Assembly: GCA_035535675.1 (NCBI GenBank)
Contig: DATLPO010000117.1
Span: 42,552-106,551, forward strand
Reading direction: 5' to 3'
Source: Candidatus Limnocylindria bacterium
GTDB lineage: Bacteria > Chloroflexota > Dormibacteria > Dormibacterales > Dormibacteraceae
DNA: 64,000 nt
Shown: positions 1 to 9,515 of the stretch, in pieces
Layout of the letters: every line of letters begins with the position of its first letter
Numbering within the stretch: the stretch's first letter is position 1
The notes under the pieces: generated by a model
Databases searched by the model: none
Told to the model about the DNA's origin: nothing
What the model saw: the letters and a program-made list of their open reading frames with translations, nothing else
Program-made: the position numbers and the translations under genes

Positions 1-1
1 C

Positions 2-1048
2 GCTCATTTGATTTTCCCCGAGACCAACCGGACAAGCGATCCGCTGACAGGCTTCTTCTGCTGCAAGAGGCAGCACGTTAGCGGTCTCGAGCTACGACCG
101 ATGGGCTTCAAGATCCTGCTCGAGCTGCTGGTCTGCACCCCCGAGCTAAAGGTCGCCGACGTGCCGTTTGTCTTCGCGGCACGCCAGGCCGGCGAGAGCA
201 AAGCCAGCACTCGCCAGGGGGTTCTCTTCCTGAGGCACCTCTTCTCACTTTTTGTCTATGTGCCCGGCAGCGCTCGTTGGGTCAAGCTCTCGATCGTCAC
301 CGGCGGCGGGCTGGCGGTTTTCTCGGCGCTCATGTACACATTGGTTCGCGGCGGTCTGCCCCCGGTGCCATCCTGGATCATCGCGGCGGCCGCCACCCTG
401 GGTTGCGGGATCGCTTTTCAGCAGCTCGTCACCGTCCGTAATATGGCGACGAATCGAGACCCAGGCGGTAAGAAATTCCACTATCCGTTTGCGATAGTCG
501 CCGCACTCGGCTCCTTTACTCTCCTCTCTCTGCTGACCCTGCAGGGCCGTCATGCACTTCTCGCGTTGGCAGTCCTGGCACAGAGCTTCGGTGTGCTGCT
601 GACCGCGGCCCTCGACCACCCATGGGTCACCTCGCTGGTTCGCTCGCGCCTTCCCCTGCCGATGCTCGACCTCCCGCGCTTGGCCCAGCGACTCGATGCT
701 CAGCGCGCGTTCTGGGTGCCGGTCGGGGAGACGCCAGACACAGAGCAGCTACGCGGCCTCGGCAAGCTCGTTACGGCGGACTTGATTGCGGCAGTCAGCC
801 GGAGCGGTCAGCCACTGCTTGTAGTTGACAGGCCCTCGCCGCGCCCGCAGCCACGCGTCAACATCGAAAGCAACAGCGCCCTGATCGTCCCCCGGCTGGA
901 TGAGCGGGGCGAAATCGCGGCAGTTGCGGTGCTCGCTCGGCGCGGCCGTCATCCCTTCGGCCAACGTCAGCTCGACGAGGCGATGGCATGGATCGGATCC
1001 ACCAACCGATGGTCAGACTCGGGGATCACGTCGGTGGCCGTCCAGTGA
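2..1048 (+). CDS. GT2 polyprenyl-phosphate glycosyltransferase (GtrB/Dpm1-like), N-terminus cut by window edge; C-terminal membrane helices plus small GAF-like tail
   Basis: The frame is open from the window edge. GFKILLELL..VPFVFAARQAGESKAS matches the end of GT2 Dpm1/GtrB-type catalytic domains and is followed by several hydrophobic helices. The tail NSALIVPRLDERGEIAAVAVLARRG resembles a GAF core. Stop TGA 1046-1048 overlaps the next ATG by 1 nt. Confidence 0.6.
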   Translation, partial: AHLIFPETNRTSDPLTGFFCCKRQHVSGLELRPMGFKILLELLVCTPELKVADVPFVFAARQAGESKASTRQGVLFLRHLFSLFVYVPGSARWVKLSIVTGGGLAVFSALMYTLVRGGLPPVPSWIIAAAATLGCGIAFQQLVTVRNMATNRDPGGKKFHYPFAIVAALGSFTLLSLLTLQGRHALLALAVLAQSFGVLLTAALDHPWVTSLVRSRLPLPMLDLPRLAQRLDAQRAFWVPVGETPDTEQLRGLGKLVTADLIAAVSRSGQPLLVVDRPSPRPQPRVNIESNSALIVPRLDERGEIAAVAVLARRGRHPFGQRQLDEAMAWIGSTNRWSDSGITSVAVQ

Positions 1049-1521
1049 TGACGGCTGAGCACACGCTTGCCGGCGCCACCGGTTTTATCGCTCGGGTTTG
1101 GGCGCGAGTGGCGCATTTCTCCCGCTTCACGATGGTTGGCGCCGCCGGCATTGTGGTCAACCAGGGCTTGCTCTGGCTGCTGGTTTCCGGAGCGGGTATG
1201 CATAACGTGCTTGGTGCTGCTGCCCTCGCGACGGTGGGATCCAGCACTTTCAATTTCGCAGGCACCGAGTCCTGGGTCTTCCGCGGCCGCAGCCGGCCTG
1301 GCGTTGGAGGGCTGGCTCGCCGCTTTGCCGCTTATGGCGCGGTCAACGGTGCAGCCCTGCTCGTGAGGCTGCCTCTGTTGTACGTGCTCACCTCGGGTCT
1401 TCACATCCACTATCTGTGGGCCAACCTGATCAGCATCGGGGCCCTGACAGTTGCGCGGTTCGTCCTTTCTGACCGTCTGATCTGGCCGGGTAGGCACAAC
1501 ATCCCAGCGGAGGCTCAATGA
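1048..1521 (+). CDS. GtrA-family small membrane protein
   Basis: FSRFTMVGAAGIVVNQGLLWLL and TFNFAGTESWVFR are the two signature segments of GtrA-like proteins, with about 4 TM helices. I chose ATG 1048 (1-nt overlap with the upstream stop) rather than the ORF-track start at 988. Confidence 0.75.
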   Translation: MTAEHTLAGATGFIARVWARVAHFSRFTMVGAAGIVVNQGLLWLLVSGAGMHNVLGAAALATVGSSTFNFAGTESWVFRGRSRPGVGGLARRFAAYGAVNGAALLVRLPLLYVLTSGLHIHYLWANLISIGALTVARFVLSDRLIWPGRHNIPAEAQ

Positions 1522-2660
1522 TCCCAACCAGACTTCGCCATCACTACGACATCGACGGCATAGTGAAAATCGCCTCGGCGGTTGCGCTGCCAGAGCTGAA
1601 GTTCTTCAAGGTCGCGCAAGTCGAATCACCCGACCTCGTCATCGAAGTCGCGCCAGTGGGTGGGCTGCGGCCGCGTGTCAGGTCAGCGCTCGTGGCCAAG
1701 GGATCAGGGCTCGTCTACCGCGAGCATCTGGGGGGCCTGTTCGCGAACTTCGGAATCGAAATGGGAAATCCGATGAGCGTCAAAGCCGGTCCTCTGCTCG
1801 CGCTCTCACCGCACGTGCTGTACACGAACATTGTCGAGCCGCTGCTGAGATTCCTCCTGGTCAAGCGGGGATTCATGCTCCTACACGCCGCGTGCATTTC
1901 GATCGAAGGCCGGTCGATCATGTTGTCGGCACAGACCGACACGGGCAAGACCAGCACCATCCTTTCCCTCCTCAGGCGCCATGGGGGTACCTTCTATTCC
2001 GACGATATGGTTGTCGTCAGCGACCAGGGGACCGTGAGCCGCTACCCCAAGCCGCTCACGATCAGCGCCCACACCCTGCGCTCGGTGCCCTCACATCGGC
2101 TGGCCCCTGTACAGAGGTTGTCGCTTGCCTGGCAAAGCAGGCTCCACTCGCGTGGTGGTCGTGCAACAGGCAAGCGGATGAGCCAGTTCAATCTGCCGAT
2201 GATGGCGATGAACGCGGGAGTTCAGATGCTGATTCCGCCGCCGAAGTACATGATCACCGACCTTGTCGATTGCGAGATCGGCGGACGGATTGATATCCGC
2301 CACGTATTTCTGATCGAGCGCGGCAGCCCGGCACTTGTCGCAGGGGTCCAACCGGCGGATGCTCTCACTGAGCTGCTCGCCAACACCGAGGATGCCTACG
2401 GCTTCCCGCCGTATGCGCAGCTCGCACCCAGGCTCGTGATCGAAGGTGAGGGTTATGACGATCTCCGCCTGAAAGAGAGGGCGATCTTGAGCTCTGCGCT
2501 GCGGTCTGCGGAGGTCACGCGGCTTCGCGTGGACGATTTCAGCTGGCCGGAGATGATCCGCGCCCGCTCCGACAAGATGGACGAGGTGGAGATAGTTCCG
2601 ATCGGTGGTCAGCGGGTGCTGAATCCGGCGCGCGTCCCAATCGCCAGCGGGCCACGTTGA
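1518..2660 (+). CDS. HprK-C-like / PEPCK-fold P-loop protein, function unknown
   Basis: LLHAACISIEGRSIMLSAQTDTGKTSTILSLLRRHGGTFYSDDMVVV parallels the HPr-kinase C-terminal P-loop segment (G.SG.GKS...L...G..LV.DD). It has an ATGA overlap with the upstream stop and a TTGA overlap with the next gene. Confidence 0.5.
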   Translation: MIPTRLRHHYDIDGIVKIASAVALPELKFFKVAQVESPDLVIEVAPVGGLRPRVRSALVAKGSGLVYREHLGGLFANFGIEMGNPMSVKAGPLLALSPHVLYTNIVEPLLRFLLVKRGFMLLHAACISIEGRSIMLSAQTDTGKTSTILSLLRRHGGTFYSDDMVVVSDQGTVSRYPKPLTISAHTLRSVPSHRLAPVQRLSLAWQSRLHSRGGRATGKRMSQFNLPMMAMNAGVQMLIPPPKYMITDLVDCEIGGRIDIRHVFLIERGSPALVAGVQPADALTELLANTEDAYGFPPYAQLAPRLVIEGEGYDDLRLKERAILSSALRSAEVTRLRVDDFSWPEMIRARSDKMDEVEIVPIGGQRVLNPARVPIASGPR

Positions 2661-4312
2661 GCGCATCCTTGGCCGCATCCATTCGCCGCGCGGCAGGCGA
2701 ACGAGACAAGCGCGGGCCTGCCATCACTCGACTGCTGGCACGCCGTGAGACCTTCCTTGCGGTCGCAGGGCTGATTCTCGTGCTCGCAACGGCCATTCGG
2801 CTGTTCAATCTTGAGCGATTCGGCTTCAACTCTGATGAGGCCGTGTATTCCGGCCAGGCAGCGGCGCTGGCCGGCCACCAGGACTACGCCCAATTGTTTG
2901 GAGTTTTTCGTGCCCACCCCCTGCTCGTGCATTTCATCGTTTCCCTTGTTTACAGGATCACGGGGGTGAATGATGTCGCTCCGCGCGTAGTGAGTGTTGT
3001 CTTCGGCCTGGGCCTGGTGGCGGTGGGCGGAGCTATCGGAACGGTGGTGCGCGGACGGCTCGTCGGACTCCTCACCATGCTCTTCATCGCCATCTCCGCC
3101 TACCCGGTGATGGTTTCGCGACAGATGTTGCTTGACGGGCCCATGGCGTTCTTCTTCGCCCTCACCCTCCTCTTCCTTGCCCTGTATGTGCGTCGCCCAC
3201 GCGCGCTAACGCTCTACGCGGCCGCGTGCTCGGCGGGCCTCGCCTTCCTTTCGAAAGAGACAGCGATTCTGATGGTGCCCGCCGTGCTCGTGTTCTTCAT
3301 GCTCGCGCGTGATGTGCCGCTCAAGATCCGTGAGTTAGGGATTGCCTCGCTCGTATACGTGCTGACAATTGCGCCGTTTCCGCTTGCGCTATACCTGACT
3401 GGCGGCAGCAAGCTCGCTCAGGAGTTCTTCATCTGGCAGGTGCTTCGCCGGCCCAACCACGACTTTAGCTTCTATCTGTCGGTGATACCAAGCGTTGGCA
3501 TTCCGCTGATGGCGCTTGCGCTTGTGGGACTTGTGATTGCCCTGCGCCGTCGACGAGGCCTCGACCTCCTCATCATTTCGCTGACCGTTGTTGTGGTGGC
3601 CTTCTTCGAGGCCTGGCCGGTCAAGGGATTCCAGTACCTCGTTCCGCTCATCACCCCGGTGGCTCTGCTGGCGGCAGACGGCGTGGTATGGCTCAGCCTC
3701 CGGCTGGCCCGCGCCCTGGATCGGTTCAGCATCCCGTACGCGTCTGCATCAACCTGGTCACGGCTGGCTCTCGTCGCCACGTGTTCCATCGTGCTCGGGA
3801 TCGGGTCAGTCGGCGCTGTCGCCATGCCGGCCACTGCGATCCTGGCCAGCGACAGCGAGGACACCCCGACAACAGGCAACCTTCCGCCCGCGGTTGGCTT
3901 CACCGCCGGGACGGGTGGGCTCGAGGCAAGTCGCCCGGTTGGCAACTGGGTCAGCAGGAACACGCTGCCTGACGCGCACTTCCTCACGATTGGGCCGTCC
4001 TTCGCGAACATCATTCAGTTCTACGGCCACAGGCGCGCGTTGGCGCTCAGCGTAAGCCCCAACCCTCTCCACCGGAACCCAACTTACATCCCAGTTGAAA
4101 ATCCGGACCTTGCCATACGAATGAACGCCGTCCAGTACCTCGTGTATGACTCCTACTCGGCCTCTCGTACGCCCTTCTTCGCGCACAACCTGATGATGTT
4201 CGTGCACAAGTACAACGGCATCCTGGTTTACGCCGACTATCAGCCGGCTTCGCTGTCCGACGGCAGCTCCGGCCAGATTCCGATGGTCCTCATCTACGAG
4301 GTCCACCCCTGA
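2657..4312 (+). CDS. GT-C fold membrane glycosyltransferase (family 39/83, PMT_2/ArnT-like)
   Basis: [27 protein letters not shown] carries the first-loop DE motif of ArnT/PMT-type enzymes. There are more than 10 hydrophobic helices and a soluble C-terminal domain. The start is TTG 2657. Confidence 0.75.
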   Translation: MSASLAASIRRAAGERDKRGPAITRLLARRETFLAVAGLILVLATAIRLFNLERFGFNSDEAVYSGQAAALAGHQDYAQLFGVFRAHPLLVHFIVSLVYRITGVNDVAPRVVSVVFGLGLVAVGGAIGTVVRGRLVGLLTMLFIAISAYPVMVSRQMLLDGPMAFFFALTLLFLALYVRRPRALTLYAAACSAGLAFLSKETAILMVPAVLVFFMLARDVPLKIRELGIASLVYVLTIAPFPLALYLTGGSKLAQEFFIWQVLRRPNHDFSFYLSVIPSVGIPLMALALVGLVIALRRRRGLDLLIISLTVVVVAFFEAWPVKGFQYLVPLITPVALLAADGVVWLSLRLARALDRFSIPYASASTWSRLALVATCSIVLGIGSVGAVAMPATAILASDSEDTPTTGNLPPAVGFTAGTGGLEASRPVGNWVSRNTLPDAHFLTIGPSFANIIQFYGHRRALALSVSPNPLHRNPTYIPVENPDLAIRMNAVQYLVYDSYSASRTPFFAHNLMMFVHKYNGILVYADYQPASLSDGSSGQIPMVLIYEVHP

Positions 4313-5907
4313 TGGGGGCGAAGCTTGCGATCGCGCTTTGCGCGAGCCTGATCATGGCTTTGGCGGGCTCCGTCTCTGCAACGGCGACCGTGTCCCAGGC
4401 TGCGCCTTCGGCCCCAGTGCTGTACACGGTGAAACCGGGAGATTCGCTTTCCAGCATCGCCAAGGCTTATTTCCACGACGTGGAGAAATGGCGTCAGCTG
4501 TATGCGCTGAACCGGTCGGTCGTCGGCAACGATCCCAACCGTCTGGTTGTTGGCGAGGTGCTGGTGTTGGTGCCGGGCGTCGCACGTCAGCGGCCGAAGT
4601 CCACGCTCGCGGGCCCTCGCATTTCGCGCGGCAGTCCAGTGGTGATCAACGCGCAGGCTGCCGAGAAGATCAAGCACGTGTTCGTGATCATGCAAGAGAA
4701 CCACACCTTCGATAACTACTTCGGCACATTCCCAGGTGCTGACGGACTTTCGGCCGGCATGAGCGTTCCAGTCAACCCCCTGGTCAAAGCAGGAACGGTC
4801 GTGGCGCCGTACCACCTTTCCAACCTCAGGACCCAGGACCTCGACCACAGTGAGATCACAGCGCGCAATGCATTCAACAACGGTCGCATGGACGGATTTG
4901 TGGCCGCGCAGCAGGATCGCAACCTTCCAGGGTCGTTGGCGCTCGGCTACTACGACGGCGCCGACATTCCGTTCTACTGGGACCTGGCCAAGGAATACGT
5001 CCTGGCCGACCGCTTCTTCTCGTCGGCGATGGGTGGAAGCCTTTCCAACCACCAGTATTGGGTTGCGGGGATGGATTCCGGCAGGGGGGAGAGCATCCCA
5101 GCACAAGGAATCCAGCTGACGACAATATTCGATCGTCTGCAGGACGCCGGGTTCAGCTGGAAGTTCTACGTCAAGAACTACGACCCCACGCTCAACTTCC
5201 GGCACATCGATTCAACAAACCCGCACAACTCAGAGATCGCGTGGGTGCCGCTGCTGACCATCCCGTCGTTTGTCGACGATCCCTCCAAGATGGCGAGGAT
5301 CCAGGATCTCGGCAGCCTGTATCACGATCTGGCCGACGGCACCGCGCCGTCAGTGAGCTACATCATCCAGGGCGGCACCTCCGAGCACCCGCCCGGCCAC
5401 GTGGGCAACGGTCAAAACGCGACTGTTGGAATCATCACTGCGATCATGCGAAGCCAGGAATGGAAGGACTCGGCAATCGTGCTCACCTGGGACGACTGGG
5501 GCGGGTGGTACGACCATGTCGCCCCACCACAGGTTGACGCTGACGGGTATGGCTTTCGAGTTCCAACGCTGATCATCTCGCCGTACGCGAAGCAGGGTTA
5601 CATCCTCAACGAGACAGCCGACTTCACCTCGATTCTCAAGTTCATCGAGACGCTGCACGGGCTGGCCCCGCTGACGAGCAGGGACGAGGCGGCGACCAAC
5701 CTCATGTCGGCCTTTGATTTCGGGCAGGCGCCCAGGGTGCCGAGCCAGCCCCAGCCCCCGGCCGGTTCTGGCGGCTTTCCCCTGCTGGCTGCCCGCGGTC
5801 CGTCTCCGGTCACTCTCCTCGGGATGTACGGAGTCATCGGCGGGCTTGCCCTTCTCCTTCTCACGCTAGCCGCGCTGTCGGGGCGGAGGCGGAGGCAGGC
5901 GCGATGA
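4312..5907 (+). CDS. Secreted LysM-domain phosphoesterase (phospholipase C / AcpA family) with C-terminal TM anchor
   Basis: It has a signal peptide and a LysM segment ([26 protein letters not shown]). [24 protein letters not shown] is the phosphoesterase-family signature. The C-terminal hydrophobic helix is followed by RRRRQ. Confidence 0.8.
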   Translation: MGAKLAIALCASLIMALAGSVSATATVSQAAPSAPVLYTVKPGDSLSSIAKAYFHDVEKWRQLYALNRSVVGNDPNRLVVGEVLVLVPGVARQRPKSTLAGPRISRGSPVVINAQAAEKIKHVFVIMQENHTFDNYFGTFPGADGLSAGMSVPVNPLVKAGTVVAPYHLSNLRTQDLDHSEITARNAFNNGRMDGFVAAQQDRNLPGSLALGYYDGADIPFYWDLAKEYVLADRFFSSAMGGSLSNHQYWVAGMDSGRGESIPAQGIQLTTIFDRLQDAGFSWKFYVKNYDPTLNFRHIDSTNPHNSEIAWVPLLTIPSFVDDPSKMARIQDLGSLYHDLADGTAPSVSYIIQGGTSEHPPGHVGNGQNATVGIITAIMRSQEWKDSAIVLTWDDWGGWYDHVAPPQVDADGYGFRVPTLIISPYAKQGYILNETADFTSILKFIETLHGLAPLTSRDEAATNLMSAFDFGQAPRVPSQPQPPAGSGGFPLLAARGPSPVTLLGMYGVIGGLALLLLTLAALSGRRRRQAR

Positions 5908-8318
5908 GGCGTCTCGTTCTGGCTCTCGCGTTGGTTTGTGCCGGGGCGACACTAGCGGTGCCGGCGACGGCGCTAGCGCGGAATCCAGCAGCCGACCCCG
6001 CCCCTGCGCCCGGGCCCAGGCCGACATCGCTGCCCGACGGCATCACGCTCCGCGGCCCGTCTGTGGTCAAGGCGGGCCAGATGATCGAAGTGGATGCCAT
6101 CCTCGCCAGTGGCGGATTGCTGCGGCCGGACGCCAGCCTCCACTTCATCATCGACGATGTCGAGCGTCGGGTCGAGCGAACAGACGCCGAGGGGGTAGCC
6201 CACTTCCGGCTGCGAGGCGTTCTCGCCTCGGGATCCCATCACCTCCTTGTGAGGTACGGCGGGACCACCCAAAGTTACTGGTCGGGACCTGCTGCCGCAT
6301 CGGCCAGTTTTGTGGTTGCGCCACTCATCATCACAGTCCAGACGGTGCCCTCCATGCCTGGGATCACCCTCTCTCTCGACGGCCACGGTGGAGTCGTGTC
6401 AAATGCCGACGGCGAGGCAATCATCGCCGTGGCAAGAGCCGGTATTCACACCCTTGCTGTGAAGGTACCTCCCGCCGATTCAGGAAGTCTCGTCACCTTC
6501 ACCCGGTGGTCCGACGACAGCTGGAAGCCATCCCGACTCATCAGGGTCGTTAAGGACCTTTCGATCTCAGTCGGATTGAGGGCGGCCTACCTGACGCAGA
6601 TTCAGTTCGAGGGTCTCGACCACAATCGTCTCGATCCTGCTCAGGTGTCAGATGTCGTTATCTCAGGGCCCAACGCGGAGGTGATCCAGCTCCAATATCC
6701 GTACGAACCGGTCTGGCTTCAGACGCCGATGCCTGCCAAGCATTCCGGGGAGGGCGGACTGCACGTCACCCCAGCCCCGTACTCGTTGAGCTTTGCAAGG
6801 TACGCGAAACTCAATGTGGCAAGCACCGGCCAGTTCCGGTACACACCCGAGCGCGGGGGAACGTGGTCGATTCCCCTGCTTCTGTTTACTCTGCGCCTGG
6901 GCGCCAAGGATGCGATCTTCGGAACCACCCTCGGTGATCCGATAAAGCTGATCAATCCAACCGGTCGCGCCCAAACCCTCAAGCTCGACAACCAGGGCAG
7001 GACCACCCTCATCCTCGGCCGCGGGAACTACGCCGCTCAGGTTCAGGCGGCCGGCGTGACCCCCACCGCAACCATTGCTCTTTCACGCAGCCAGGAAGTG
7101 ATAGTACCGGTCATCACACCCGCGGACCTTTTCGTAATTGCACTTGCCATGCTAGTGATCGGAGGCGGCGTGTTTGTTATCGGCAGAGGTCGGCTCTGGA
7201 CATTCGGCCGCCTCACGGCTGTCCGCGTGCGATACGAGGATCCGATCATCCAGCGCTGGGCGAGGACCTCCCCACAGAGGCAGGCTGTCCAGTCGGCAAC
7301 CGTAGGCCTTGTCGGATCGTTGACAAGGCGTGGTCAGCCCGTCCCCTCGCCCCAGCTCGAAACCGCCACTGGCCAGAATGGTGTCGAATGCGCGCCCGCC
7401 GTGTTGAGCCCGCCGATCCTCGCCGGCGGCGCCGACGGCGAACCAGCTGGCATGGATATTGCAGCCGAGGGCTGGGCGCTTCAGCCGCTGCGTGCCTCGA
7501 TTGCCTCGCGCGCCGTCTCAACGTTCCCGCGCAGCTACCTGCTCGCGGACGATGCCTCGCTCGGCCAGGCGATTGAGGTCGGCCTGATCATTCGGGGCCT
7601 CATGAACGCAGGCAAGGCCGAGCGGTTCCTGCTGTTGGTCCACCAAGCGGTGATGGGGCAGTGGCAGCTGGAGCTGAAGGACAAGTTCGGTCTTCGTGTT
7701 CCAAGGTTTGAGCGCGGCACCTTTTATGACCACCGCGAACGAGAATTGGCCTGGTCGGGCAACCCGTGGAGCGCGTTTCCGATCGTGCTCGCAAGCTCGC
7801 ATCTCGCCCGGCGGCGCGATCGCCGAAATGAGTTGCTGGCGGCTGCGCCTTGGGATGTCGTCTTTGTCGATGAGGCGCATGAAGCTCACAGGTCGGGTTC
7901 CAAGCCCACGGGGACCCCTAACAAACTGTTGGCGGTTCTTCAGGTTTTGAAATCGAGCGAATCCTGGAAGGCCCTTTACCTGGCCTCGGCCACCCGAAGG
8001 CAGATGCACCTCCACGAGGCATGGGATCTGATGGAGCTGCTTGAACTGACCAAAATGCCTGCCGACGTCGCAAACGACTTCGCTCGCTACTTCACTATTC
8101 CTTGGGCCGACCGGCCAGACGGCGATTGGGAATTCCTCCGACAGCTGTGCGCCGACTACTTCGAAGTCCCTGGCGCGAAAGAGTCGGATGCGCCGCTGCG
8201 CACCGGGGGCCGGAAGCCACGTGCGACCCGTAACCGGTCTGATCGCCGTCGTGCGTCCCAGGGCTTTGTGGCCGGCGTGACCATGGAACCTGCCCAGGAG
8301 GCGCCGGCGCCGCGGTGA
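5904..8318 (+). CDS. Chimeric ORF: signal peptide + beta-rich extracytoplasmic region + 1 TM helix, fused in frame to a degenerate SNF2-type ATPase lobe 1
   Basis: The ATG 5904 forms an ATGA overlap with the upstream stop. The signal peptide is [25 protein letters not shown] and the TM helix is at nt 7128-7185. SNF2 motifs are listed under the next feature. The stop overlaps the next gene's GTG (GTGA). Confidence 0.6.
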   Translation: MRRLVLALALVCAGATLAVPATALARNPAADPAPAPGPRPTSLPDGITLRGPSVVKAGQMIEVDAILASGGLLRPDASLHFIIDDVERRVERTDAEGVAHFRLRGVLASGSHHLLVRYGGTTQSYWSGPAAASASFVVAPLIITVQTVPSMPGITLSLDGHGGVVSNADGEAIIAVARAGIHTLAVKVPPADSGSLVTFTRWSDDSWKPSRLIRVVKDLSISVGLRAAYLTQIQFEGLDHNRLDPAQVSDVVISGPNAEVIQLQYPYEPVWLQTPMPAKHSGEGGLHVTPAPYSLSFARYAKLNVASTGQFRYTPERGGTWSIPLLLFTLRLGAKDAIFGTTLGDPIKLINPTGRAQTLKLDNQGRTTLILGRGNYAAQVQAAGVTPTATIALSRSQEVIVPVITPADLFVIALAMLVIGGGVFVIGRGRLWTFGRLTAVRVRYEDPIIQRWARTSPQRQAVQSATVGLVGSLTRRGQPVPSPQLETATGQNGVECAPAVLSPPILAGGADGEPAGMDIAAEGWALQPLRASIASRAVSTFPRSYLLADDASLGQAIEVGLIIRGLMNAGKAERFLLLVHQAVMGQWQLELKDKFGLRVPRFERGTFYDHRERELAWSGNPWSAFPIVLASSHLARRRDRRNELLAAAPWDVVFVDEAHEAHRSGSKPTGTPNKLLAVLQVLKSSESWKALYLASATRRQMHLHEAWDLMELLELTKMPADVANDFARYFTIPWADRPDGDWEFLRQLCADYFEVPGAKESDAPLRTGGRKPRATRNRSDRRRASQGFVAGVTMEPAQEAPAPR
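7470..8318 (+). other. Degenerate, truncated SNF2/RapA-like ATPase N-lobe (likely gene remnant) inside the 5904..8318 frame
   Basis: [21 protein letters not shown] sits where ADEVGLGKTIEAG is expected (GKT replaced by GQA at nt 7563-7571). [11 protein letters not shown] is present. A DEAH box VFVDEAHEA is at nt 7869-7880. [21 protein letters not shown] sits where LTATPxQ is expected. There is no helicase-C lobe. The codons are visibly more A/T-ending than in neighbouring genes. Confidence 0.55.
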
Positions 8319-9493
8319 GGTCACCCAGAACGCGAGGCGTATCGATAGTTTTGGGGATAGTCATAGCCGCACTGGTCACCGGGGCCGGGCTTGGCTTCGC
8401 GTACGCTCGCGCCAACGACGCGCAGCCGCCCGCCCTGCAGCGGGCAGCGTCAAGCAAGGTATTCCTTCGCGTGCCCTACCTGCTTCAGCCGCGGACCAAC
8501 TCGATCATCGTCGCCTGGCTCACGCCTGAGGGCATGATGGATGGGAGCGTGGCCTACGGCCTCGGTGGAAAAGAGGACCTCACCGCGCAGGTCAGGAGGC
8601 ACCCACAGGAGGACGGGGTACTTCAAAGCGCTGTCCTTACTGGCCTTCGGCCGGGCAGTTCCTACACATATTCGGTGCGCTCAGGTGGCGAGGTCGCCCA
8701 CGGCCACTTCCGAAGCCTGCCCGACAGCGGACGCATCCGCTTCACCACCACAGGTGACTTTGGAGGCGGGACCGCAGCCGAGGTCGCCGTGGTGAACTTG
8801 ATGGACCAGCAGGACCCTGACCTCTTCATAACGCTCGGGGACAACACCTACGAGAGAGGCACTCTCGCGGAGATGGACACGAACGTCTTTCCCCAGTACG
8901 CAGACTTCCTCGATTCGCACGGAGTCATCTGGGTTCTCGGCAACCACGATCACACCACCCAGCAGGGGAACCCCAGCATCGTCAACTTTTTCATGCCCGA
9001 CCGGAACTACTCCTTCGATGCCGGCGAGGCCCATTTCATCGTGCTGGAGGGCGATGGCTCGCGAGGCTATGCACCCGGTGGAGACCATTACGAATTCCTG
9101 CAAAGTGATCTTGCCGCCCACGCGAACGCGCGCTGGAAGTTCGTCTTCTTCCATTACCCGGCCTACTCATGTGGTCAACACGGGTCGACGCAGTGGGTTG
9201 ACCGGTACTGGGTTCCGCTGTTCGACAAATACCATGTGGATGCTGTATTCAACGGCCACGATCACGACTACGAGAGGATCCGGCCTTCAGGGGCAGGCGT
9301 CCATTACTTTGTGGCGGGGATCGGGGGCAAGAGCGCCGACGCAATCCGCCACAACTGTGACTTCCAACAGTTTGGAGCGGCAGGTGTGTTTGGCGATCTC
9401 ATCGTCAGCGTTGACCACTCAACCATCCGCGTCGATGCGGTTCTGACCACGGGCCAGCTGCTGGATACTGTCACGTGGGGCAAGGACGGATGA
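8315..9493 (+). CDS. Membrane-anchored purple-acid-phosphatase-like metallophosphoesterase
   Basis: There is an N-terminal TM anchor and a PAP N-terminal beta domain (LTGLRPGSSYTYSV). Metallophosphoesterase motifs are GDNTYERG, GNHDH and GHDHDYER. Confidence 0.8.
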   Translation: MRSPRTRGVSIVLGIVIAALVTGAGLGFAYARANDAQPPALQRAASSKVFLRVPYLLQPRTNSIIVAWLTPEGMMDGSVAYGLGGKEDLTAQVRRHPQEDGVLQSAVLTGLRPGSSYTYSVRSGGEVAHGHFRSLPDSGRIRFTTTGDFGGGTAAEVAVVNLMDQQDPDLFITLGDNTYERGTLAEMDTNVFPQYADFLDSHGVIWVLGNHDHTTQQGNPSIVNFFMPDRNYSFDAGEAHFIVLEGDGSRGYAPGGDHYEFLQSDLAAHANARWKFVFFHYPAYSCGQHGSTQWVDRYWVPLFDKYHVDAVFNGHDHDYERIRPSGAGVHYFVAGIGGKSADAIRHNCDFQQFGAAGVFGDLIVSVDHSTIRVDAVLTTGQLLDTVTWGKDG

Positions 9494-9515
9494 TCGCCGG
9501 CCGGCACCCGGCCGA

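Noticed and set aside
7518-8324. Long antisense or alternative-frame ORFs throughout the six-frame track. Examples are 7518..8324(-), 14764..15780(-), 16698..17861(+), 21438..22781(+), 29561..30496(-), 36224..37078(+), 41646..42860(-), 57555..58610(-) and 61232..62320(-).
   Set aside because: These are typical high-GC artefacts. Their products are Arg/Pro/Gly/Ala-rich with no recognisable motifs. Each lies opposite or out of frame to a gene with clear family signatures.
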